The notes below the pieces were generated by a model that had not been told where the DNA came from, made no database searches, and worked only from the letters and a program-made list of their open reading frames with translations. A stretch of DNA of 47,987 nucleotides. Origin: Telmatospirillum sp. (GTDB lineage Bacteria > Pseudomonadota > Alphaproteobacteria > Rhodospirillales > Magnetospirillaceae). The first letter of the stretch is position 1; every line of letters starts with the position of its first letter. This document shows positions 1 through 9,793 of this stretch, piece by piece. The DNA is taken from positions 1-47,987 of the forward strand of contig DATNIV010000500.1 of NCBI GenBank assembly GCA_035604255.1, read 5' to 3'. Both the position numbers and the translations under genes were made by a program.

Positions 1-922
1 CCGAGCCGCCAGCCTGCACCACCGGTTTGATATCGGCGATGCGGGCGCCGAAATCCGGATGCGCCAGCCGCGTCTCATGCGACTTCATCCAATTGAGATT
101 GCCGGTCAGCGTATTGATCTCGCCATTGTGGGCGAGCATGCGGAAGGGCTGGGCGAGTCGCCATGTCGGGAAGGTGTTGGTCGAATAGCGCTGGTGATAG
201 ATGGCGAAGGACGAGACGAACCGCTCGTCCAGCAGGTCGGGATAGAACACCGAGAGCTGTTCGGCGAGGAACATCCCTTTGTAGATCACCGAACGGCAGG
301 ACAGGGTGCAAATGTAGAAATCGGCGATGTGATCGGCCAGCACCTGCCGCTCGATGCGGCGGCGAATGATATAAAGATCGGTCTCGAAGGTTCCCTCGTC
401 GACGCCTTTGGCGTTGGCGACCATGATCTGTTCGATTTCGGGGCGCGTCGCATTGGCCTTTTCGCCGATCACCGCGACATTCACCGGAACCTGGCGCCAG
501 CCGTAGATGGTGTAGCCGAATTTCAGGATCTCGGTTTCGACGATCGTGCGGCAGCGCTCTTGCGCCGACAGATCGGTTTTCGGCAGGAAGCACTGGCCGA
601 TGGCTAAGCGGCCGGGGACCGGTTCATGGCCTTGATGCCGGATATGCTCTTTGAAGAAATCCTGGGGGATTTCGACATGGATACCGGCGCCGTCGCCGGT
701 CTTGCCATCGGCGTCGACGGCGCCCCGGTGGAAGACCGCTTTCAACGCTTCGATGCCGGCCACCACCACCGAGCGGCGTGGCTTGCCGTCGAGAGCCGCG
801 ACCAGGCCGACGCCGCAGGCGTCATGCGGCGTGACATCGATTCCGGCGGCTTCCAGCGTGGCTTGGTTGGCGCGGTACCGGGAGACAAAGTCTTCGCCTG
901 CGGTCGAGGGCTGATCAATCAT
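1..922 (-). CDS. gltB: Glutamate synthase large subunit, 5' part (runs off the window)
   Basis: Not in the ORF track. ATG at 922 with AGGAG RBS. Translation MIDQPSTAG...HDACGVGLVA...HRGAVDADGKTGDGAG...YHQRYSTNTFPTWRLAQPFRMLAHNGEINT matches the Ntn-amidotransferase domain of GltB. Directly downstream of gltD. Confidence 0.97.
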   Translation of the reverse strand, partial: MIDQPSTAGEDFVSRYRANQATLEAAGIDVTPHDACGVGLVAALDGKPRRSVVVAGIEALKAVFHRGAVDADGKTGDGAGIHVEIPQDFFKEHIRHQGHEPVPGRLAIGQCFLPKTDLSAQERCRTIVETEILKFGYTIYGWRQVPVNVAVIGEKANATRPEIEQIMVANAKGVDEGTFETDLYIIRRRIERQVLADHIADFYICTLSCRSVIYKGMFLAEQLSVFYPDLLDERFVSSFAIYHQRYSTNTFPTWRLAQPFRMLAHNGEINTLTGNLNWMKSHETRLAHPDFGARIADIKPVVQAGGS

Positions 923-936
923 GGCGGTTCTCCTGG

Positions 937-2373
937 CTATTCCGCGGCGCGGCGGTCGGCGGCTGCGCGGATGAAGTGGTCGATGGCGGCGGCGGCGTCG
1001 CGTCCGTCCTTGATGGCCCAGACCACCAGCGAGGCGCCGCGCACGATGTCGCCGGCGGCAAAGACGCCGGGCAGAGTGGTCATGGCGGTCGCCTCGTCGA
1101 CGGCGAGCGTGCCCCGGCGGGTCACGGCAAGGTCGGCGGCGCCGAACAGTGTCGGGACGTCTTCCGGATCGAAGCCGAGCGCGGTGATCACCAAATCCGC
1201 CGGCAGGGTGAATTGCGAGCCGTCAACCGGCGTCGGCGCCTGCCGGCCGGAGGCGTCGGCGACGCCCAGATGCATTTTGACGGACCGGAGGCCGGTCACA
1301 TGGCCGTCGCCCAGCAGCGCTTCGGGGGCGCTCTGCCAGATGAATTCGACCCCTTCCTCCTCGGCGTTGCGCACTTCGCGTTGCGAGCCCGGCATATTGC
1401 CCCGATCGCGTCGATACAGGCATTTGACCGATTGCGCGCCTTGGCGGATGGCGGTGCGCACGCAGTCCATGGCGGTGTCGCCGCCGCCGATCACCACCAC
1501 GCGTTTGCCGGCGGCATTCAGCGAGCCGTCTTCGAAGGCCTTGAGGCTGTCGCCGAGGCCGACCCGATTGCTGGCGATCAGATAGTCGAGCGCCGCGACG
1601 ATGCCGGTCAAGGTTGCGCCCTGCAGGGTCAGGGGGCGGGCCTTGTAGACTCCGCTGGCGATCAGCACGGCGTCATGGCGCTGGCGCAGTTCGGTGAGCG
1701 AGCTGTCGCGGCCGACGGCGAAGTTGAGGTGAAAGGTCACGCCGCCGTCGGCGAGCAGCCGGGTGCGCCGGGCGACGATGTCCTTGTCCAGCTTGAAGGC
1801 GGGAATGCCATAGATCAACAATCCGCCGGCGCGATCGTGGCGGTCGTAGACATGGACCTGATAGCCCTGCTTGCGCAGTTGATCGGCGGCGGCCAATCCG
1901 GCGGGGCCGGCCCCGATGATGCCGACCGATTCCGGCCTTTCGCGACGCGGGCGTGGCGGTTTGACCCAGCCCTCGGCCCAGGCGGTATCGGTGATATGCT
2001 TTTCCATGGCGCCGATGGTCACCGCCCCATGGTGGCTTTGCTCGAGCACGCAATTGCCTTCGCACAGACGGTCTTGCGGACAGATGCGGCCGCAGATTTC
2101 CGGGAAATTGTTGGTCGCCGACGACAAGGCATAGGCTTCGTCGAGCCGGCCGGCGGCGGCCAGCATCAGCCAGTCGGGGATGTTGTTGGCGACCGGACAA
2201 TGAATTTGGCAGAAGGGGATGCCGCATTGCTCGCAGCGCGACGCCTGTTCGGCCGCCCGCGGCGTCTCGAAGGGTTGGTAGATCTCGTCGAAATCGCGCC
2301 GTCGCTCGGCATTGGTCCGTTTTGTCGGCCTGGCCTGGGCAAGGCGGGTGAATTGCAGCATTTTCGACGGCAT
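937..2373 (-). CDS. gltD: Glutamate synthase small subunit (NADPH)
   Basis: RCEQCGIPFCQIHCP and CGRICPQDRLCEGNC Fe-S motifs, GAGPAG and GGGDTAMDC Rossmann motifs, adjacent to gltB. Confidence 0.97.
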   Translation of the reverse strand: MPSKMLQFTRLAQARPTKRTNAERRRDFDEIYQPFETPRAAEQASRCEQCGIPFCQIHCPVANNIPDWLMLAAAGRLDEAYALSSATNNFPEICGRICPQDRLCEGNCVLEQSHHGAVTIGAMEKHITDTAWAEGWVKPPRPRRERPESVGIIGAGPAGLAAADQLRKQGYQVHVYDRHDRAGGLLIYGIPAFKLDKDIVARRTRLLADGGVTFHLNFAVGRDSSLTELRQRHDAVLIASGVYKARPLTLQGATLTGIVAALDYLIASNRVGLGDSLKAFEDGSLNAAGKRVVVIGGGDTAMDCVRTAIRQGAQSVKCLYRRDRGNMPGSQREVRNAEEEGVEFIWQSAPEALLGDGHVTGLRSVKMHLGVADASGRQAPTPVDGSQFTLPADLVITALGFDPEDVPTLFGAADLAVTRRGTLAVDEATAMTTLPGVFAAGDIVRGASLVVWAIKDGRDAAAAIDHFIRAAADRRAAE

Positions 2374-2473
2374 AGGGAGGCTCCCAAGCGGTAAGGAACA
2401 ATCTCAATGAAGCGGTGCGACGATCCGTCATGATACGCCGCTTTGCGCCAAAAAGCGAGAAAAAAGGACAAAG

Positions 2474-2494
2474 TAGGTCAGCATTAGTGACTCA
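2474..2494. promoter_or_regulatory. Imperfect palindrome GTCA-N7-TGAC between the divergent gltD and uppP-like genes; candidate operator
   Basis: taggtcagcattagtgactca in an AT-rich intergenic region. Regulator unknown. Confidence 0.35.
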
Positions 2495-2641
2495 TTAGTA
2501 TGAGGTATGCGCCGCCACCCGCGAGTCATTCGATAAAGACGTGGAGGTATCGAAAAATTAGGTAACATTCCGGTACTATATGGTCGTTTTTCAAAGAGCG
2601 CCGCAATGTGCTATAAAACCAAAGTTAGGGGGTCAGTCGCT

Positions 2642-3430
2642 GTGCAACTGCCAGATATCGTTATTTTCGCCTTGGCTGAGGGGGTCGCGGACATATTGCC
2701 CGTCGATGCCACGGCGCACAGTCTTGTGGTGGCCAAGCTGCTCGGTTGGCGGGCCGGCACCATTGGCGCGGCGATTCATCTCGGCGCCGCCTTCGCCCTT
2801 TTGCTTTATTTATGGCGCGACGTGCTGCTGATCGGCCAGGGTTTGTGGAAGCTGCGCCGCGCCCGCATTGAACCGGGCACCAGTCTGCTCGCCAAAGCGC
2901 TGCTCGCCGCTTTTCCCTGGTTGGCGGCGACGACCTTGCTCGGCGCGGCGCCGGTGCCGGGTCTTGCCGATCTCGTTCTGGTCGGAGCGGTCACGATTTT
3001 TTGCGCCCTGCTGATGGGGGTGGTCGACAAATTATGCATGACCGTCAAACGTACCGAGCATTTGAGCGGACTGACCGCGCTCATCGTCGGCGTCGCCCAA
3101 TTGTTCGCCCTGGTGCCCGGCGTCGGCCGGGTCGCCGCCGCTTTGACGGCCGTGCGGATGCTGGGGCTTGAGCGTCCCGACGCCTATCGCTTCGTTCTGC
3201 TGGTCAACATCCCCATTCTGCTGGCCGACGGCATCGCGCATGCGGTGCATTATTCGCTGGACGGCTTGCAGCCGAGCGACAGCGATTTTGTGATGTTTGG
3301 CGTGACCTGCGGTCTCGTTCTGCTGGCGCTGTCCATCAGTATGGCCTGGATTCGCCGCGCCGGCCTGCTGCCCTTCGCCCTCTATCGCCTGCTGCTCGGT
3401 GTTGGCCTGATCTGCCTGGGCGTTCTCTGA
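2642..3430 (+). CDS. uppP: UppP/BacA-family undecaprenyl-diphosphatase homologue with degenerate catalytic motifs
   Basis: Hydrophobic protein with recognisable UppP segments EGVADILPVDATAH, IHLGA, QLFALVPGVGRVAA and FALYR. GTG start at 2642 is in frame with track ORF 2606. Confidence 0.85.
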   Translation: MQLPDIVIFALAEGVADILPVDATAHSLVVAKLLGWRAGTIGAAIHLGAAFALLLYLWRDVLLIGQGLWKLRRARIEPGTSLLAKALLAAFPWLAATTLLGAAPVPGLADLVLVGAVTIFCALLMGVVDKLCMTVKRTEHLSGLTALIVGVAQLFALVPGVGRVAAALTAVRMLGLERPDAYRFVLLVNIPILLADGIAHAVHYSLDGLQPSDSDFVMFGVTCGLVLLALSISMAWIRRAGLLPFALYRLLLGVGLICLGVL

Positions 3431-3444
3431 GGCCGGGAAAAGGC

Positions 3445-3520
3445 TACCACGGAGACATGGAGATCCCAGGGAAAAAGCGGGGAGCCCCCTATTTCTCGGG
3501 ATTCCTTGCCTCTCCGGTTA
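3445..3520. repeat. Degenerate periodic inverted-repeat element (accacggag type)
   Basis: Left arm taccacggagacatggagatcccaggg; the right arm reverse-complements to taaccggagaggcaaggaatcccgag. Weak match. Confidence 0.4.
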
Positions 3521-3827
3521 AGACAGACGCTTTACCGTCACAGTCTTCCAGGCAGGTTCTCTATCGTTTAACGATCAAAACTGACTCAATGCCACAACCT
3601 GGCATTCTCTTCGAATAGAGGCTAGTGTTTCCAGGACGGCCGCCGGATGACGTGAGAACTGCTGAAGGCGTCCAAATGGAATTGACAGAACATTCTCAAT
3701 TTCGACATGGAAGATCAGTTGGCAACCTCTATGGATTCCCTAACTATAAGCAATACTGTTGCCGCTAAAGTCAATCAAGGCATGCATCTTCATCAATTAT
3801 CATGGGAATGATTGGCGAGATATCTCA

Positions 3828-4595
3828 ATGACCCTTCGTATCCGACTCATTATATTGAGTATTTTGAGTATATGTTTAAGTCTCACGATGTTTTCTTCGG
3901 GGGGGCGTGCGGAGACGCTGGTTTTGGCGGCCAATGATTCACGGCCCACTTCGTATTACGAAGGGGACAAACTAACGGGGGTCTCGCTTGAAATTGTGGT
4001 TGAAGCCCTGAGGCGGGCTGGATATGCGGTCGATGTTCGCTTAATGCCTTGGGCTCGTTGTCTGGAAGACGCGCGCAAGGGCAAGGTTGATGGAGTCTTT
4101 ACCAGCTTCAAACTTCCAGAACGTGAAGAGTTTTTAACCTTTACCAATGAGCCATTGGCTACTTGGGACATTTCATTCTTTGCATTGCGTGACACTGCTA
4201 TCGAGTATGATGGGCAGCTCGCCAGTTTGAGCAATATCGCCATTGGTATGACGAACAAGACCAGCTACGGGGAAGCATTCGATAATGCAGTGAAGACTCA
4301 TATATTTACAAATATTTATATTTCGAATAATCCAAAAAGTCTTGTGCAGATGCTTACTCATAATAGAGTCGCATTGATAGTCAGTCACGATTTGGTCGCC
4401 ATTGATACCGCACGGCAATTGGGCGTTCTCGATAAAATTCGTAAATTGACGCCGACTGTGAACATGGTGCCCACATATTTAGCTTTTAACAAGTTGCGAG
4501 ATTATAATAACGTCATTTCAGCCTATGATGCAGCCCTCATTTCAATGAAAAAAGACGGCTCATATGAGAGAATTTATAAAAAATATACGAATTAA
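3828..4595 (+). CDS. Periplasmic substrate-binding protein (family 3, amino-acid type), orphan, AT-rich
   Basis: N-terminal signal-like segment, MPWARCL, KLPEREE and MKKDGSYERIYKKY motifs. Composition visibly more AT-rich than the flanks. Confidence 0.85.
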   Translation: MTLRIRLIILSILSICLSLTMFSSGGRAETLVLAANDSRPTSYYEGDKLTGVSLEIVVEALRRAGYAVDVRLMPWARCLEDARKGKVDGVFTSFKLPEREEFLTFTNEPLATWDISFFALRDTAIEYDGQLASLSNIAIGMTNKTSYGEAFDNAVKTHIFTNIYISNNPKSLVQMLTHNRVALIVSHDLVAIDTARQLGVLDKIRKLTPTVNMVPTYLAFNKLRDYNNVISAYDAALISMKKDGSYERIYKKYTN

Positions 4596-4666
4596 TATTA
4601 TTTCTATCTTAGCGGATCGGCGAACTCTTCAGTAAGACCGGGTCTGCCATCCACGCTCTCTTCGAG

Positions 4667-4851
4667 GATCACAGATGAACGCCGATGCCGCTGCGCGGCT
4701 CACAGACGGATACAGATAAGAAAAGCGCCGAGAGGCTTTGATTTCGCTTGTCGAACCCATCGGTGCCGGAAATTTTGTCCGAGGGCCGCGCCGGAAACTC
4801 CATCCCTGGCATCTGCGAGCCGCGCAGCGGCATCGGCGTTTATCGGTGACC
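4667..4851. repeat. Inverted-repeat element with 41-nt arms (gatcacagat type)
   Basis: 4667-4707 gatcacagatgaacgccgatgccgctgcgcggctcacagac matches the reverse complement of 4811-4851 at 36/41 by manual count. The left arm recurs at 16082-16122. Confidence 0.9.
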
Positions 4852-4973
4852 AAAATACCCCTGTGTACCAGCCAAACTGTTCACCGGAACGCATCGCTGC
4901 GTGCGCCCTTGCGGCTCACCAGGGAACGGTCGCGCCGAGGTACTGGAGACCGCCTTTTCCGTCCTGCGCCGCA

Positions 4974-5831
4974 ATGCTCGTCCTCGTGACGATTCTCGCC
5001 GCCGCCGGTTGGTTTTTCTCCCTTTTCGCCATGCGCGGCATGCCGCCGCTTTTGTTTATCGGCGCGCGCTTCCTGCTTGCCGGACTCATCCTGGCGATAT
5101 TGGCGGGCCCTCAGCTTGTTCGGCTTGACGCTCGTCTCATTCTTCGGGCGATCTTTTCCGGCCTTGCTATGTGCCTGCATATCACCCTGTGGGCCGAGGC
5201 GGTTCTGCGCACCAGCAATTTGGGGGTCGGGGCGTTCATTTTGAGCCTTGGCAACATCATGGCGCCCGTTCTTGGGCTGCTGCTTTTCAGAATCCACATC
5301 AAAACGGTGACCTGGTGCAGCGTATCGATCGCTTTGGCGGGGCTGGCCTGTCTGTCGATCAAGAATGGTTTGAATTTTTCGACAGCCGATCTCCTGTTTC
5401 TGTTTTCCGCTTTGGCAAGCTCTCTCTATCTCAATCTGAACAGCCGGTTCGTTTCGAAAATAGCCCCCTTGCCGCTGGCCGCCATTCAATTGACGGCTGT
5501 CGGCATCCTCTCGCTGGGGCTTGCCGCGGCGAAGGCCGAATGGGACATCCATCTTGACCTGGAGGTTGCCGCCTGGTTCCTGGCGAGCGCTCTGATCGCC
5601 ACCAGTCTTCGCTATTTTCTGCTGGTGAAAGCGCAAAAAGCGGCGCCGATCGGTCATGCCGCCTTGATCATGAATCTGGAGCCCGTCTGGACGGCGATTT
5701 CGGCAGTGGTTTTGTTGGGAACGACGATCAGCGGCCTGCAGTTGGTCGGTTGTGCGCTGATCTTCTTTGCGCTTTTGGTTCACCACCTGCCTTGGCAGCG
5801 CGACAGATGTGTCGCCCGTCGAGACCGCTGA
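4974..5831 (+). CDS. DMT/EamA family transporter
   Basis: About 10 TM segments with PPLLFIGARFLLAG and LEPVWTAI motifs. Start uncertain (4863 or 4974). Confidence 0.88.
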   Translation: MLVLVTILAAAGWFFSLFAMRGMPPLLFIGARFLLAGLILAILAGPQLVRLDARLILRAIFSGLAMCLHITLWAEAVLRTSNLGVGAFILSLGNIMAPVLGLLLFRIHIKTVTWCSVSIALAGLACLSIKNGLNFSTADLLFLFSALASSLYLNLNSRFVSKIAPLPLAAIQLTAVGILSLGLAAAKAEWDIHLDLEVAAWFLASALIATSLRYFLLVKAQKAAPIGHAALIMNLEPVWTAISAVVLLGTTISGLQLVGCALIFFALLVHHLPWQRDRCVARRDR

Positions 5832-5837
5832 CGGCGA

Positions 5838-6917
5838 TCAGCCCACGAACACGACCTTGATCAGCGTCAGGCTGAACAGGGCGATGAACAACCAGGATGC
5901 GGCGCCCAGCAGCAAGGGCGCCAATCCCTTCGCCTTCAGTTTCCGGATGTCGGTTTCCAGACCCATCGCGGCCAGCGCCACCGACAGCAAGAAGGTGGTG
6001 ACTTGCACGATCCAAGCCTTGGGTTGCGCCGGAAGGGTGATGACGCTGTTCAGTCCGACCAGGGCGACGAAGCCGAAGACGAACCAGGGCATCGGCGGCT
6101 TTTTGCGCGCATGGTCCCGCCCCTGCGCCACCCGTTGCCGTGCCGTATAGACTCCCAGGGTGATGACCATCGGTGCCAGCAACATGACCCGGCTCAATTT
6201 GGCGATCGTGCCGAATTCGCCGGCCGCGCGGCCGTCCTGGAAGGTCGCGGCGACGACCTGGGCGATCTCATGGATCGAGGCGCCCGCCCACAGGCCGTAG
6301 CTGTGCGGATCGAGATGGAGAAGCGCCGGCAGCACCGGATAGAGAAACATCGAGAGCGAGCCGAAGACGGTGACGCAAGCGACTGCATAGGTGACGTCCT
6401 CGTCAGGCGCTTCTGTTACCGTGTTGGTGGCGATCACCGCCGAGGCGCCGCAGATCGAGGTGCCTGCCGCGATCAACTCGGCCAATTTACGCTCGACGCC
6501 GATCAGCCGCCCGAACCATTTGGTGAAGACGAAGGTGGCGACCAGGGTGGCCGCGATGATCGCGACGCCGGTGCCGCCCACTTCGGCGACCTGCGTGGCC
6601 GTCAGTTGCAGGCCCAGCAGAATGATCGCCAGACGCAGGAGTCTCTTCAGGGCGAAGGTGATGCCCGCTTTGGCCCGACGCGGCGTGCCGATGATGTTGT
6701 GGAACCCCATGCCGATGATGATCGCCAGAATCATCGGGCTGAAGGTGGCGACCCCTGGAATCTGGCGAAGCGCGAAGGCCAGTCCAGCGATCGAACCGGT
6801 CAACAGCAGGCCCGGCAAAAGACTGCCTCCCGGTCCGGCGTGTGGAACGGCCGTCGGCCGGTGAGACAGCGGGATTGCGACTATTGCGGTCGCCGATGCG
6901 GCCTCGGGCGTCGTCAT
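5838..6917 (-). CDS. YeiH-family membrane protein (putative sulfate/sulfite exporter)
   Basis: [40 protein letters not shown] and [10 protein letters not shown] motifs. ATG at 6917. Confidence 0.92.
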   Translation of the reverse strand: MTTPEAASATAIVAIPLSHRPTAVPHAGPGGSLLPGLLLTGSIAGLAFALRQIPGVATFSPMILAIIIGMGFHNIIGTPRRAKAGITFALKRLLRLAIILLGLQLTATQVAEVGGTGVAIIAATLVATFVFTKWFGRLIGVERKLAELIAAGTSICGASAVIATNTVTEAPDEDVTYAVACVTVFGSLSMFLYPVLPALLHLDPHSYGLWAGASIHEIAQVVAATFQDGRAAGEFGTIAKLSRVMLLAPMVITLGVYTARQRVAQGRDHARKKPPMPWFVFGFVALVGLNSVITLPAQPKAWIVQVTTFLLSVALAAMGLETDIRKLKAKGLAPLLLGAASWLFIALFSLTLIKVVFVG

Positions 6918-7124
6918 GGTGAAGAACCTCCGTAAGCGATGGCGCTGAATGTGTGCCGGAGAGGTCAATCAGTCAAATTCATTATATATGTACTTTTAAT
7001 CGAATTTAGTTGTTGATCTTGGCCCAATGCCAGCCATCAGCATGATTGTCGTGGCGCGGCAAGCGGATCATCATCGCTGTTCGCCCGCGGGCGAACGTCG
7101 ATGGGTTGCGGAGATTTTAAAGAG

Positions 7125-7727
7125 ATGACGGCGACATTTTGGGATGAACGCTTCGCTGACGAAGAGTTCCTCTATGGGACGGAACCGAATGTGTTTCTGG
7201 TCGAACAGGCGCACAGGCTGACAGCGGGGTCGCGCGTGCTCCTTCCCGGCGACGGCGAAGGGCGCAATGGCGTGTGGCTGGCTGGCCGGGGAATGGATGT
7301 GCTCTCGGTGGACGCTTCGGCGGTCGGTCTCGCCAAGGCGAAGCGACTTGCCGGCGATCGCGGTCTGTCGATCAACACCGATGTCGCCGATCTCGGCGCC
7401 TGGGCTTGGCCGTCCAACGGTTTCGACGCGATCGTCTCGCTGTTTCTCCATTTGGCGTCGCCGGAGCGGGCCTCGATTCACGCGAAGATGATCGAGGCGC
7501 TCAAGCCCGGCGGGAGTCTCATCCTCGAAGCTTTTCGTCCCGAACAACTGGGCTACAGCAGCGGCGGGCCGAAGGACCTGGCGTTGCTCTACACGGCGGC
7601 GCAGTTGGCGGCGGATTTCCGCGCCGTCGATATTCTCCTTTTGGAAGAGGCGCTCGTCGATCTGGATGAGGGAAAACTTCACAAGGGCCTGGGCGCCACC
7701 GTCCGCCTGGTCGCCCGGAAAGCCTGA
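7125..7727 (+). CDS. Class I SAM-dependent methyltransferase
   Basis: FWDERF...YGTEPNVFL, GDGEGRNGVWLA, ALKPGG and SSGGP motifs. Confidence 0.9.
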   Translation: MTATFWDERFADEEFLYGTEPNVFLVEQAHRLTAGSRVLLPGDGEGRNGVWLAGRGMDVLSVDASAVGLAKAKRLAGDRGLSINTDVADLGAWAWPSNGFDAIVSLFLHLASPERASIHAKMIEALKPGGSLILEAFRPEQLGYSSGGPKDLALLYTAAQLAADFRAVDILLLEEALVDLDEGKLHKGLGATVRLVARKA

Positions 7728-7732
7728 CCGGC

Positions 7733-7863
7733 TATTGATCCATGTCATCTAAAATGACATGGATCAATAGCGTCTATACGACGCCGTCGCCTCCGGCTCC
7801 GGCAGGCTCAAGCGCCGCTCGGGCGATAGTGGCCCCCTTCATTTGAGATGAAACGTGCCACTA
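7733..7863. repeat. Doublet of two 37-nt TA-ended hairpins in opposite orientation between convergent genes
   Basis: 7733-7769 tattgatccatgtcatctaaaatgacatggatcaata has a perfect stem. 7827-7863 is the second hairpin and contains the ClC stop codon. Confidence 0.8.
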
Positions 7864-9693
7864 TCGCTCCAGAGGTGGCCCGGCGTTGAACAGATCGGGC
7901 ACGCCCAATTCGCGGCTGCGGCGATGTTCCAAGGCCTGGGCATATCGGCGCAGCGCATAGGCTTCGGTCAGATAGCCGATGACGCGGCGGTCGTCGTCGC
8001 CGGCCAGCACCGGCAGAGCCTCGGCCTCGGCTTCGGAAAAGCTGGCCATGGCGCTTTTCACATGCTGGTTCGGCAGCAGGAAATGACGCCGATCATTGGC
8101 CAAATCGGCGGCCACCAACCCGGCGGCGGCGGCATTGAGATCGCTGTCGTGCGCCGTGGTCACATCGATCAGTCCGGCATAATGATCCGCCGCGTCGACG
8201 ACAAAGACGCGGCTCACCGACCCCAGCGGCACCATCTCGCGCAGACGCGCCAAAGGAACCTCTTGGCGCACCGTCTTGGGGTCGCCGCGCATCATGCGGC
8301 CAACGGTCAATTCGGAGACCCAGCCGACGTCGTGACCGCCGCGGATGGCGACGCCACGCTGATGGAATCGCCATGTCGAGAAGGAATAACCGAAGCGATA
8401 GCGCGTGGTCAGAGAGGCCGTGACCACCCCGGCCAGGACGCAAAGAGCGATTTGAAAGTCTCCGGTCACTTCGAGAACCAGCAGCACCATGGTCAGGGGG
8501 GCGCCGACGATCGAGGCGGCGACCGATCCCATGCCGACCAGCATGAAGACCAGTTGATGCTCGCCGCCCCACGGTCCCAGTAGGCCGAAGGTCTTGGCCA
8601 AAATGGCGCCGAACAGGCAGCCGATGAACAAGGAGGAACTGAACAAACCACCGCGAAAGCCGGCGCCGATGGAGAGCGCCGAGGCGAGCATCTTGGCCAG
8701 CAGCAGGCCGCACAGCAGGCCGAGGACAGGCGTGTCGGCGTACAGATTCTGAATGCCGCCATGTCCGCTGCCCAGGACCTGCGGAAAGGCGAGGGCGAGC
8801 CCGCTTAACCCCATTCCGCCGACGGCGGGGCGCAACCAATCGGGGGTCGGCAACCGGCGCAGCGCCGTCTCGCACCAACCGACCATCTTCATGGTCACGA
8901 TCCCCACGCCCCCGGCGGCGATGCCCAGTAATCCGAACAACGGATATTCCCAGTGATGGACCAAAAGGCCGGGTGTTTCGACGAGAAGGACCGGGGCGCC
9001 GCCGATGGTGCCACGCATCACCAAGGTGCCGGTCAAGGCGGCCATGGCCACTTGGGCGAGGGTCGCCGGGCTGTAGCTGCCAAGGATCAATTCAAAGGCA
9101 TAGAAGGCGCCGGCCAGGGGCGCATTGAAGGCGGCGGCGATGGCGGCGGCCGATCCGGCGGCGACGAAGACGCGCAAATCGGCGCGGCGTAGATTGAGGA
9201 ATTGCCCGGCGACCGAGAGCAGGCCGGCGCCCAGTTGCGTGTAGGCCGCTTCCATGCCGACCGATGCCCCGGCGGCATTGGACACCAAGGTGGAGGCGGC
9301 CAGGCGCAGGCTGTCGGCGAATGACATGCGACCGCCGTAGAGAGCGTTGGCCTCGACCGGGTCGACGATATTGTGGGAGCGCATCCGCCGACTGACCATC
9401 GCAAGCCCGCCGATGATCAGCCCGCCGAGGGCAGGCACGCCGAGCAGGCGGTAAAAATCAACGCCGCGCCCGCTGCTCAAATAGGTCCCGGCTGCCAGAT
9501 CGAAGTCGTAAACATGCAACCAGGCCACCGCTTGGTGGAGCATCACCACGATCAGACCGACGATAGCGCCCAGCGGCGCACAGAGCGCGATCAGCGCCGG
9601 CTCGCTGTTGCGCACGCCGTGACGGTTGATAAGAGCGTTGACGCCGTGCCACCACCGATGCGCCACCGTCGCTTGTCGTTCGCGCTGGATCAT
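7861..9693 (-). CDS. ClC chloride channel / Cl-/H+ antiporter with C-terminal CBS domains
   Basis: GASVGMEAA, AAAFNAPLAGAFYAFEL and GFRGGLFSSSLFIG motifs; CBS-like C-terminus. Confidence 0.92.
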   Translation of the reverse strand: MIQRERQATVAHRWWHGVNALINRHGVRNSEPALIALCAPLGAIVGLIVVMLHQAVAWLHVYDFDLAAGTYLSSGRGVDFYRLLGVPALGGLIIGGLAMVSRRMRSHNIVDPVEANALYGGRMSFADSLRLAASTLVSNAAGASVGMEAAYTQLGAGLLSVAGQFLNLRRADLRVFVAAGSAAAIAAAFNAPLAGAFYAFELILGSYSPATLAQVAMAALTGTLVMRGTIGGAPVLLVETPGLLVHHWEYPLFGLLGIAAGGVGIVTMKMVGWCETALRRLPTPDWLRPAVGGMGLSGLALAFPQVLGSGHGGIQNLYADTPVLGLLCGLLLAKMLASALSIGAGFRGGLFSSSLFIGCLFGAILAKTFGLLGPWGGEHQLVFMLVGMGSVAASIVGAPLTMVLLVLEVTGDFQIALCVLAGVVTASLTTRYRFGYSFSTWRFHQRGVAIRGGHDVGWVSELTVGRMMRGDPKTVRQEVPLARLREMVPLGSVSRVFVVDAADHYAGLIDVTTAHDSDLNAAAAGLVAADLANDRRHFLLPNQHVKSAMASFSEAEAEALPVLAGDDDRRVIGYLTEAYALRRYAQALEHRRSRELGVPDLFNAGPPLER

Positions 9694-9793
9694 GACGGAG
9701 CCTTCCTGAGGCGCCTGGAATTTAACAAGATGGGCTCACACCTTGAAAAATCCATGGGTGGCGGCGAACGACATCCCCACCGGCGGCTTTTCC

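Noticed and set aside
976..2394. Long antisense ORFs over gltD, and similar ones over gltB, 11722-13071, 21751-22722, 25108-27498, 36595-37938, 41382-42767 and 42828-44246
   Set aside because: They fully overlap well-supported genes on the opposite strand and are expected from high-GC codon bias.
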